Positions 28,534 through 36,587 of a stretch of DNA of 64,000 nt are shown in pieces. The stretch is from positions 6,726 to 70,725 of the forward strand of contig JAYUFZ010000006.1 of assembly GCA_043767845.1 (NCBI GenBank), read 5' to 3'. Each line of letters begins with the position of its first letter. Within the stretch, counting starts at the first letter, position 1. Both the position numbers and the translations under genes were made by a program. Below the pieces are notes generated by a model. The model worked only from the letters and a program-made list of their open reading frames with translations, did not search any database and was not told the DNA's origin. This stretch comes from a bacterium. GTDB lineage: Bacteria; Patescibacteriota; Saccharimonadia; UBA4664; JBBRNT01.

Positions 28534-28553
28534 ATGCGGGTTCAAATCCAGTC

Positions 28554-28628
28554 GGTCCCATCGTCTAGGGGTTAGGACACCAGGTTTTCATCCTGGCAAC
28601 GCGGGTCCGAATCCCGCTGGGATCACCA
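28554..28628 (+). tRNA. tRNA-Glu (TTC)
   Basis: GGTCCCA/TGGGATC acceptor, CCAGG-TTTTCAT-CCTGG anticodon arm, GCGGG-TCCGAAT-CCCGC T-arm, encoded CCA. Confidence 0.96.
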
Positions 28629-28856
28629 AAGAAATGACTCAGAGTTAGCTCTGAGTCATTTCTTTGTATAGTACGAGTACGGGATTCGGACCCGCGTTGG
28701 CGGGGACGGCAAAGAAGGGTAAAACCCGCTATCCCGCTGGGATCACCATACAAAAGCGCCTCACTTATGTGGGGTGTTTTTGTATGGTGTGGCTCACCGA
28801 GCCTCGGACCCGTAGGGCGCTTGCGCCCGAAGAAGGCGTAGCCGCTATCCCGCTGG
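28629..28856 (+). repeat. Two tandem tRNA-linked repeat units
   Basis: ATCCCGCTGGGATCACCA at 28611 and 28731, partial copy at 28847; each unit has a long hairpin and an inverted T-arm copy. Confidence 0.8.
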
Positions 28857-29008
28857 TATTCGCAAGCGATTGGGCTGCTGGGCGATCATCCCAAGCGCCC
28901 CACAGACAATTTACTTATCTAGCTTAACCATTGTGAAATACGTTACAGCCTAACCATCTTTGCTCCTTTAAACTACTGAAGTGCGCTCAAGTAACGAGGA
29001 GGAATAGT

Positions 29009-30103
29009 ATGCATAAATTATTAAAGTACAGTGTGATTGCGGTGGCGTTGGTCAGTCTGGGGTCAGCAGGCTCAGCCCTTGCAGATAGCAATGGTAGTCA
29101 ATATGGCAATGGCCAAAACTGGTCAAGCTCATGGAACAATACCGGCTACAGTGGATCAATGAACACCACAAACCAATCAGCTGGAAGTGGCAATGCCAAC
29201 TCTAGCACTGGCTGGAACAGCTGGAACCCAACAGCTTGGCAGCAAAACGGCCAAGGCTTTGGCAACTGGTGGAATGGCTTGCTCGGCCAGATGAATCAAA
29301 ACATTGGATCATGGCACAACACCGGCAATAACACTAGCTGGTGCCCGAGTGGCGACAATTGGCAAAACAATTGGTCGAATTGGGATCCACAGATGTGGCA
29401 GCAGAACGGTTCATCGTGGGCAAACTGGTACGGCCAAATGCTCGGCCACATGACCAGTAACTACAACGGTTGGCAAAACGGCTGGAATGCTGGAAATAAC
29501 AATACAGGTAATGCCTGGAACAACGGCAACAGCGGTACCGGAGTACAAGTCTGGGGCGGTAGCGGCGCAGGTGTACAAAGTGGCAATGGCCAAGCAGGTA
29601 CCAATGCCACAATCGGCACAACTGGCCCAGGTTCCTACAATGTGATCGATACTAATCGAAACAATAGCCAATACATTGAAAACAGCAATACGGTCGCAGT
29701 CAATAATCGCAGCACCCAGGACGCCATGAGCGGCAGCGCCAACGTCAGCGGCAATACTATTGGCGGCAATGCCTCTACTGGCTCTGCCGGTAACAACAAC
29801 ACGACGGCTACCCAAGTGGCTGTCTCAAACCCGACGATGTCTGGCGGGCAAGGCACGGGGTCTAACGGTAGCGGCTACTATGCTATCGGCATAACAGGAC
29901 CAAACTCCACCAACCGTATTCAGGCGAGTGATTCGTCGAATTACTATTCGCGGACAAGCAACAATGTGCAAGTATCGAACGATAATAATCAATACGCGCA
30001 CAGCGGTAATGCCAATGTCAGCGGTAATACTATCGGTGGGAGCGCCACGAGTGGCTCAGCCTATAACAACAACTCAGCGCAAACCGGCGTACAAATCCAC
30101 TAA
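29009..30103 (+). CDS. Secreted Asn/Gly/Trp-rich low-complexity repeat protein
   Basis: GGAGGA RBS, signal peptide ending ALA, two W-rich repeats, two SGxANVSGNTIGGxAxxG repeats. Confidence 0.88.
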   Translation: MHKLLKYSVIAVALVSLGSAGSALADSNGSQYGNGQNWSSSWNNTGYSGSMNTTNQSAGSGNANSSTGWNSWNPTAWQQNGQGFGNWWNGLLGQMNQNIGSWHNTGNNTSWCPSGDNWQNNWSNWDPQMWQQNGSSWANWYGQMLGHMTSNYNGWQNGWNAGNNNTGNAWNNGNSGTGVQVWGGSGAGVQSGNGQAGTNATIGTTGPGSYNVIDTNRNNSQYIENSNTVAVNNRSTQDAMSGSANVSGNTIGGNASTGSAGNNNTTATQVAVSNPTMSGGQGTGSNGSGYYAIGITGPNSTNRIQASDSSNYYSRTSNNVQVSNDNNQYAHSGNANVSGNTIGGSATSGSAYNNNSAQTGVQIH

Positions 30104-30140
30104 TAATAGTGATGTAGCCTAAGTTGGCCCGATAGTTGAG

Positions 30141-30177
30141 GAGAAGCACCTTCTTATGAGGGTGCTTCTCTCGTTTG
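30141..30177 (+). terminator. Intrinsic terminator
   Basis: GAGAAGCACCTTC-ttat-GAGGGTGCTTCTC. Confidence 0.75.
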
Positions 30178-30263
30178 GCGACTATAGGATAAAGCTAATA
30201 TAACTTGCAGGCAGCGCACTGTTGTAAAGCTTGAGGAAGTAGCCTATCATAAGCGCAATAGCC

Positions 30264-31484
30264 ATGGCGAAAACAAAAGGTCACATCCATAAAGCCCATA
30301 TCGTACTCGACTACCTCGTTCTGAAGTCGGGGATAGCGCTGATGAGCTTTTTGGCGGCTTATCTCTTCCTGGCATCCTCGCCGATCCCTAAGCTTTTTGC
30401 GGCTAGCACGCCGACCATCGCTGTGCCGAGCTACTTTTACCCAGGCCCACTTTGGACGCAAATGAGCAGTGCTGGTTCAAAGGTCGGAATCGCCATTATC
30501 AACCCTAGCAGTGGCCCGGGGGGTTCGGCCGACCCGAATTATGTCGCTGCCATTAACGCTGCCCGAGCTAGGGGTATCAAGGTGCTCGGCTACGTCTCGA
30601 CTGGCTATGGAGCTAAGGGCTCTGTCTTAAGCGACATTAGCACCTACTACTCACAATATACGCTTGATGGCATATTCCTCGATGAAGGTCCGACCGACTG
30701 CGGGTTGGTCAGCCAGTACCGGGGCTATGTCGCTGCGATCCGCGCCAAGGGCGGGATAAGCGTTATCAATCCTGGTACCATGCCTCAATCGTGCTGGGGT
30801 GATGTTGGCGATACACTGATGGTTTATGAGGGCAATGCTTCATCGTACTTAGCCTTCACGCCACCGGCCTGGACCAAAAACTATCCACCGACCAAGTTCT
30901 GGCACGCTGTTTACGAAGCGTCGGCTAGCCAGCTAGCTGCTATCATGAAGCACGCATCCGATATTGACGCTGGCTACATTTATGTGACGGACGATAACAA
31001 TACGCCAGCTGCAGGCGAAACCTATGGCAACCCATACGACACACTACCGAGTTACTGGTCAGACGAAGTTGGTAGTGCAGCCACAGCGCCCACGAACCCC
31101 TCAAACCCGACCAACCCTAGCAACCCAACGAACCCAGCGCCCGTCGTACCCGATATAGTAACAAAACCAGCCGACGGTAAGAAATTCACCTGTGACGCGA
31201 CAAGTATCTCGACCCCTGGCTTGCTGGACCTACTCAAGGCTGCCGGCTGTGAGGGCAGCGATAGGAACCCGATATTTTCGCTGCTGCAAGCCGTCATTAA
31301 CTGGCTGACTGGTATTCTGGGCGGCCTGGCCGTGCTGGCTATTATTGTGGCTGGTATCCAATATATTACCTCCCAGGGCTCACCCGACGCGCTCAGGCAG
31401 GCTAAATCACGGATTACCGCGGCGGTTGTCGGTTTGATTATACTGAGTATTATGTTCTTCCTGCTCAAGCTGATCGGCATCTAA
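30264..31484 (+). CDS. Spherulation-specific family 4 (Sph3/GH135-like) hydrolase fused to a C-terminal VirB2/TrbC-like pilin domain
   Basis: VPSYFYP, IINPSSGPG, VLGYVSTGYG, DGIFLDE, NPG, YVTDD..NPYDTLPSYW; PTNPSN linker; IIVAGIQYITSQGSPDALRQAKSRITAAVVGL. Confidence 0.85.
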   Translation: MAKTKGHIHKAHIVLDYLVLKSGIALMSFLAAYLFLASSPIPKLFAASTPTIAVPSYFYPGPLWTQMSSAGSKVGIAIINPSSGPGGSADPNYVAAINAARARGIKVLGYVSTGYGAKGSVLSDISTYYSQYTLDGIFLDEGPTDCGLVSQYRGYVAAIRAKGGISVINPGTMPQSCWGDVGDTLMVYEGNASSYLAFTPPAWTKNYPPTKFWHAVYEASASQLAAIMKHASDIDAGYIYVTDDNNTPAAGETYGNPYDTLPSYWSDEVGSAATAPTNPSNPTNPSNPTNPAPVVPDIVTKPADGKKFTCDATSISTPGLLDLLKAAGCEGSDRNPIFSLLQAVINWLTGILGGLAVLAIIVAGIQYITSQGSPDALRQAKSRITAAVVGLIILSIMFFLLKLIGI

Positions 31485-31486
31485 TA

Positions 31487-31514
31487 TTGACAGAATCCAG
31501 AAAAAGTAGATAAT
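31487..31514 (+). promoter_or_regulatory. Sigma-70-type promoter of the putative ncRNA
   Basis: TTGACA-16 bp-GATAAT. Confidence 0.6.
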
Positions 31515-31520
31515 ACCTAG

Positions 31521-31764
31521 AGGCGCAGTAACGGCCTGGTGTCCCAGTCCCGCCCATGGTGGGGCTGCAATCAGGGTTCGATCCCCTGACCTAGCTGGCA
31601 AACGGTGATTTTGTGAAGTGCAAACGAGTGACTATGTCAACGTCGGGCACCGCTCCAGAGTCACGAGGCATAGCCCGACCCGCAACCGCGTGGTTTGTTT
31701 ACTAAGTTTTGCGCTAGGGAAGGTATTAGCTATTTGCACACCTTCCCGACCCGGTATTATGCCT
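31521..31764 (+). ncRNA. Putative structured ncRNA of unrecognised class
   Basis: Own promoter and terminator, paired 5'/3' ends, several helices with G-U pairs, T-loop-like hairpin, no credible ORF. Confidence 0.65.
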
Positions 31765-31765
31765 A

Positions 31766-31798
31766 ATAAAAAGCCCCAAAATCATGAGGGCTTTTTAT
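31766..31798 (+). terminator. Intrinsic terminator
   Basis: ATAAAAAGCCC-N11-GGGCTTTTTAT. Confidence 0.8.
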
Positions 31799-31905
31799 GT
31801 TCGGAAAGCAGTTTCCAGGTATTTGGGGGTTTATATCATAAGCATTTTCGGCTATACTATAAACCGAAATTATTATGCGCTATCAAACACAAATGAGGAT
31901 TACCA

Positions 31906-33318
31906 TTGCTCGCTTCCATATTCAAACGCACTAAGATTGTAGCCACCGTTGGGCCGGCGACCAGTTCTCCCGAGAAGTTGCACGCTATCATTGCAGCTGG
32001 GGTAAATGGTATCCGGCTGAATTTGTCCCATGGGACCCATGCCGAGCACTTGCAAGTCATCGAACATGTCCGGGCCATTAGCAAAAAGCTAGCCAAGCCG
32101 ATAGCCATAATCGCTGACCTCCAGGGACCAAAAATCCGCGTCGGTAAATTGCCAGCCGATGGCGTGCCGTTGATCCGCGGCCACCTGGTGAAGTTCGGCT
32201 ACAAAGCCGACTTCGAGTCGACGGCCATCATTCCTATCCAGCATGACTTTTCCGGAAATGTGGCTGGTGGCCAGACTATGTACCTCAACGATGGGCTGTA
32301 CGCCGTCGAGATCATTGAAGTTGTCGAAGGGGTGGTGATGGGTAAGGTCCAGGTGCCAGGCATTCTTACCTCGAACAAGGGCATAAACCTGCCAGATGCC
32401 GTTTTTGATGGTGATATTTTGACCAAAAAAGACATTACCGATATCGAGTTCGCTGCCGTGAACGATGTCGACTATATCGCATTATCATTCGTCCAGACCG
32501 CCAAGGATATTACCAGTCTCAAGGCCCGCTTAAAACGCCTCGGTTCCGACGCCGCCGTGATCGCCAAGATTGAAACCAAGGCCGCCGTAGCCGATCTGGA
32601 AGCAATCGTCCAGGCCAGTGATGCCGTGATGGTGGCTCGTGGTGATCTGGCTATCGAAGTGACCAATGAAGCGGTGCCGATCATCCAGCGACAGATTATC
32701 GACCTAGGCCGCCTGTACCGCAAAAATGTCATCGTGGCTACTCAAATGCTTGAATCAATGATTAGCTCCCCGCAGCCGACCCGGGCCGAGGTTAGTGACG
32801 TGGCTAATGCTGTCATGTACGGTGCCGACGCCGTAATGCTCTCCGGCGAAACGGCTATGGGCCAGTTCCCAGTCGAGACCATCGCCATGATGAAGCGGGT
32901 TATCTGCTACACCGAAGAATCCACCCTGCGCTGGCACTACGACTATAACTTCAAGATCGAACAACCCAAAAAGTATGCCGTTCCTGCCGCAGCCGTCTTG
33001 CTGGCCCGCCAGACTGACGCTTCCGTCATTATTGCCGAAACCAGCTCGGGCGCGACTGCTCGTAATATCTCCAGCTTCCGGCCGGCCGTGCCGATCATTA
33101 TGGCCACCCACAACAGACGGGTTTATAACCAACTGGCCATTGTCTGGGGTGGCAAGTCTTACTATTTCCCTAAACCGCATGGCGCCGCCGGTATTGTTAT
33201 TGAGCAGCTCAAAGTCGCCGGTAATGTGAAGCGCAAAGACGCTGTGGTGCTGGCCTACGGCCATACCCCCGGTGTATCCGGTGGTACCGATACAATCCAG
33301 CTCAAAATCGTCGAGTAA
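31906..33318 (+). CDS. pyk: Pyruvate kinase
   Basis: RTKIVATVGPA, DLQGPKIR, AKIE, MVARGDL, ATQMLESM, DAVMLSGET. Confidence 0.98.
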   Translation: MLASIFKRTKIVATVGPATSSPEKLHAIIAAGVNGIRLNLSHGTHAEHLQVIEHVRAISKKLAKPIAIIADLQGPKIRVGKLPADGVPLIRGHLVKFGYKADFESTAIIPIQHDFSGNVAGGQTMYLNDGLYAVEIIEVVEGVVMGKVQVPGILTSNKGINLPDAVFDGDILTKKDITDIEFAAVNDVDYIALSFVQTAKDITSLKARLKRLGSDAAVIAKIETKAAVADLEAIVQASDAVMVARGDLAIEVTNEAVPIIQRQIIDLGRLYRKNVIVATQMLESMISSPQPTRAEVSDVANAVMYGADAVMLSGETAMGQFPVETIAMMKRVICYTEESTLRWHYDYNFKIEQPKKYAVPAAAVLLARQTDASVIIAETSSGATARNISSFRPAVPIIMATHNRRVYNQLAIVWGGKSYYFPKPHGAAGIVIEQLKVAGNVKRKDAVVLAYGHTPGVSGGTDTIQLKIVE

Positions 33319-33380
33319 TCCTAGCGCCCCAGCCACAGCTAAGCTACACTACATGTAATTACAAGTCTCTAGGAGGGTTA

Positions 33381-34562
33381 GTGGACAAGAAAACTATTCG
33401 TGATATTGATGTGGCCAGTAAGCGGATTGTACTGCGGGTCGACTATAACGTCCCGGTCGAGGATGGGGTAGTGACTGACTCGCTGCGAATTGCCGCCGGT
33501 AAACCGACCATTGATTACTTACTGGAGCAGGGTTGTTCATTGGTCCTAATAAGCCACCTCGGTGAACCCAAGAATGGCCCTGAGTCGCAGTTTAGCCTGG
33601 AGCCAGTAGGCGTAAAAGCCAGCGAAGTGCTTGGAAAAGCTGTCACCTTCGTCTCCGACTGTATTGGTGCGGAAACGGCCAAGATTGTTGCTGACATGAA
33701 ACCGGGTGACATCGTTCTGCTGGAGAATTTACGCTTCCATCCCGAAGAATCGGCCAACGACGAGGCTTTCGCAAAAACTCTGGCTAGCTATGGAGAAGTT
33801 TATGTTGACGACGCCTTTGCCGTTATCCACCGAGCGCACGCCTCGCTTGTGGGTATTACGGCCTTTTTGCCGAGCGTTGCTGGGTTTTTGGTCGAAAAAG
33901 AGGTTAATTCAATCAGTAAGGCTATAGATAACCCGACCCGACCGCTGGTCGCCGTCATTGGTGGAGCTAAGATTAATAGTAAGATCGAAGTACTCAAGAA
34001 CCTTATCCCTCGGGTAAACGCTTTATTTATCGGTGGTGCCATGGCCAATACCTTTCTGGCCGCCAAAGGACTAGCCGTTGGCAAAAGCCTGTACGAACCT
34101 GATCAGATTGAAGTAGCCAAAGACATTATTGGCCAAGCTAGTTTGGCCGGGATTGGGCTTTTCTTGCCACTCGATGTGGTAGTGACCGATAATCTCGAGA
34201 TGGCGACCGGGGTGCGCACGGTGGGTGTCAGCGAGGTAGGGGAGGGCGATATTATTGCTGACCTTGGGCCCGACTCGGTAAACCAACTCGATGAACTACT
34301 CGCCCAGAAGGGGACGGTTATTTGGAATGGGCCACTGGGCATTACTGAGACTGCCGCTTTTGCCGCCGGCTCCAAGCTACTGGCTGATAAAATTATTGCC
34401 TCAGGTGTTACCAGTATTATTGGCGGTGGCGATACGGCCGGCTATGTTGATGGTGCTGGGCTTCACGACGAATTCACGCTGGTCTCGACTGGTGGCGGCG
34501 CCTCACTGGAATTGATGAGCGGTAAGAAGCTGCCTGGTGTCGAAGCTTTGTTAGATGCCTAA
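33381..34562 (+). CDS. pgk: Phosphoglycerate kinase
   Basis: RVDYNVP, LLENLRF, GGAK, WNGPLG, GGGDT, STGGGASL. Confidence 0.98.
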   Translation: MDKKTIRDIDVASKRIVLRVDYNVPVEDGVVTDSLRIAAGKPTIDYLLEQGCSLVLISHLGEPKNGPESQFSLEPVGVKASEVLGKAVTFVSDCIGAETAKIVADMKPGDIVLLENLRFHPEESANDEAFAKTLASYGEVYVDDAFAVIHRAHASLVGITAFLPSVAGFLVEKEVNSISKAIDNPTRPLVAVIGGAKINSKIEVLKNLIPRVNALFIGGAMANTFLAAKGLAVGKSLYEPDQIEVAKDIIGQASLAGIGLFLPLDVVVTDNLEMATGVRTVGVSEVGEGDIIADLGPDSVNQLDELLAQKGTVIWNGPLGITETAAFAAGSKLLADKIIASGVTSIIGGGDTAGYVDGAGLHDEFTLVSTGGGASLELMSGKKLPGVEALLDA

Positions 34563-34601
34563 TCTCAAATTTCTGCCACTGCATTAATCCATCCAGACCT
34601 A

Positions 34602-34628
34602 CAACATTCTGCCACTGGCAGAATGTTG
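34602..34628. repeat. Near-perfect 27-bp palindrome between pgk and tpiA
   Basis: CAACATTCTGCCA-c-TGGCAGAATGTTG; TTCTGCCACTG also repeated at 34571. Confidence 0.7.
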
Positions 34629-34660
34629 CCCCAAAACCATAAGCAGTTTATGATAGTTTT

Positions 34661-35431
34661 ATGAATAAGTTAATAGTTGCCAACTGGAAGATGAACATGA
34701 CGCCCAAGGAGGCGGTGCTCTTTTTGAACCGGCTCGAGCCTTTGGTTGAGAGCAAACACCATCTGGATGTGGTCATTTGTCCACCCTATATTGATCTCTA
34801 CCCAATGTCACTGGAGATTACTAAGGACAAATTCCAGCTCGGCAGCCAGGATATCCACTACCTTGACGCCGGTCCGCACACCGGTGATATCTCTGGGCCT
34901 CTGCTGCACGGACTGGCCGATTACGCCATCATTGGCCATTCCGAGCGCCGGGCATCGCACAACGAGACCGATCAAATCGTGGCCGCCAAGGTTGCCGCCG
35001 CGGTGCGTAGTAGCATAATCCCGATTCTCTGTATTGGCGACCGCCTGATAGATCGCGAGGAGGGCCTGTCGCGCAACGTCGTAAGCAACCAGCTGGAGAC
35101 GGCTCTGAGCATGGTTACGGAAGATGAGATTAAAAATGTCGTCGTGGTCTATGAGCCAGTCTGGGCTATTAGTAAAGGCGACGGCCACGGACAATCAGCG
35201 ACACCCGACATTGTGGCGCCTATGATCAAGGCCATGCGCCAAACCCTCAATGACCTCTATCATAGTGCGGTTGGCGACCGTGTCACGATTATCTACGGAG
35301 GCAGCGTCAATCCGGACAACACCAAGGCTTACTTGGAGGTTGCTGGGCTAAACGGCCTGCTGGTCGGCGGCGCGAGCCTGAACTACCAAGAGTTTGCCAA
35401 AATTATCCAGATAGCTTCGGATCTCAGCTAA
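34661..35431 (+). CDS. tpiA: Triosephosphate isomerase
   Basis: ANWKMN, GHSERR, YEPVWAI, YGGSV, LVGGASL. Confidence 0.98.
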   Translation: MNKLIVANWKMNMTPKEAVLFLNRLEPLVESKHHLDVVICPPYIDLYPMSLEITKDKFQLGSQDIHYLDAGPHTGDISGPLLHGLADYAIIGHSERRASHNETDQIVAAKVAAAVRSSIIPILCIGDRLIDREEGLSRNVVSNQLETALSMVTEDEIKNVVVVYEPVWAISKGDGHGQSATPDIVAPMIKAMRQTLNDLYHSAVGDRVTIIYGGSVNPDNTKAYLEVAGLNGLLVGGASLNYQEFAKIIQIASDLS

Positions 35432-35450
35432 AAACAAAGAACTGCCCGCT

Positions 35451-36515
35451 ATGACACCCCAAAAACCTGTCGACAATCAGCTCATCGAACCTGAGTTGCC
35501 CGAGGCGCCTCCGATTCACACCGACCAGCCAACCGGACTTGACCCACAGCCGGCCATGCTGGAGTCTGGCCGACGCTGGAGGTTACTAAAACGTCGTGCT
35601 GGGCGCCGGGCCTCAAGCCACTTTCGAATTATTCTGGTACTCATCCCAGTGGTTGCCCTGGTGGTGGTTAGTTTATATCTCGTATCGGCCTATGCCGCAT
35701 ATCGCAGTATGGCCTTGCGTCTGGCCAGGCCAACGCCGCTGTCCTATGAGGGCAACCTAGTCTTTAGTGGGCAGGACTTTTTGCAAGCCTACAATTCCGA
35801 CATGGGTTTTCAAGGCGATTTTAACCCCCCGCAGCCGCCCCTGGGGCAGGCTCTGAGTGGTAGCTTTGTTGGCAAGTGGGCTGGTCAAAACTACAGTGGT
35901 GAGTATACCTATGTAGACAAAACTGCTGCTTTCAGGCTGCGCGGCGATACCATGCCGGTGCTGCGCTACCGACAGGCGCCGATCTTCTATCCACTACACA
36001 GCGACCAATACTATAGCGCGCAGCCGTCAAGCAGCCTCTGGGGACTGATGTGCCAAAATGTAACGCCCGCCCAAAACCCAAAGTCGGCCGACCTATACCG
36101 CCTACTACGCCAGGTAAAGCCAAAGCTATCGTGGGTGAACCCGGCGGCAGTCTCCGGGGGTCGCCTTACAGCCAATTTCCAAGGCGATTTTGAGTCTACT
36201 CACTTTCAGCAGATCGCCGAAAGTCTGGAAAGTTTCTTGCCAGCCGGCTGCAACTTAGGAACCTTTGGTTTTTCGTCGGCCGACGCGGCGCACTTTAAGC
36301 TGCATTTTGATGTCTGGGCCAGTAGCGCCAGGGACACATTCCTTTTGACTTTGTCTGATCCAACGCTGGGGGCCCAGCTCAAGCTGAAAATCGCGTTGAC
36401 CTATCATCCGGAGCGCGCATCTATTGTCCAAGCACAAGCGACAACAAACTTAAATGGGGTTATACTGGATCTTGAAAAGCGCTACCTGAGTCTCGGCCAG
36501 ATAGAAGGGAATTAG
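35451..36515 (+). CDS. Membrane-anchored hypothetical protein
   Basis: Long ORF, single TM after a basic stretch, beta-rich ectodomain. Confidence 0.78.
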   Translation: MTPQKPVDNQLIEPELPEAPPIHTDQPTGLDPQPAMLESGRRWRLLKRRAGRRASSHFRIILVLIPVVALVVVSLYLVSAYAAYRSMALRLARPTPLSYEGNLVFSGQDFLQAYNSDMGFQGDFNPPQPPLGQALSGSFVGKWAGQNYSGEYTYVDKTAAFRLRGDTMPVLRYRQAPIFYPLHSDQYYSAQPSSSLWGLMCQNVTPAQNPKSADLYRLLRQVKPKLSWVNPAAVSGGRLTANFQGDFESTHFQQIAESLESFLPAGCNLGTFGFSSADAAHFKLHFDVWASSARDTFLLTLSDPTLGAQLKLKIALTYHPERASIVQAQATTNLNGVILDLEKRYLSLGQIEGN

Positions 36516-36587
36516 AAAAAGAAAATGATTGACAAAAACCGAACTAAATACGAACATACAAGTATTGAACTAAGCAAGGGGAAAGCA

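Noticed and set aside
28536-28549. GCGGGTTCAAATCC upstream of tRNA-Glu as a second tRNA fragment
   Set aside because: T-stem closes only 2 bp and no other arms are present; probably leader sequence or chance
28611-28856. tRNA-end repeats as a CRISPR array or prophage att pair
   Set aside because: Only three short copies derived from the tRNA, ~100-bp structured spacers, no cas or integrase genes in the window
31085-31140. Short tandem repeat (PTNPSN)n
   Set aside because: Coding linker with synonymous variation, not a DNA-level element
31561-31589. GGGGCTG...GGTTCGAT as a tmRNA 5' end or tRNA
   Set aside because: No matching acceptor 3' end with CCA, no tag ORF ending in Ala-Ala, no cloverleaf; both segments pair locally in hairpins
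31618-31896. 92-aa ORF over the putative ncRNA
   Set aside because: No RBS, no motif, and it runs through a terminator
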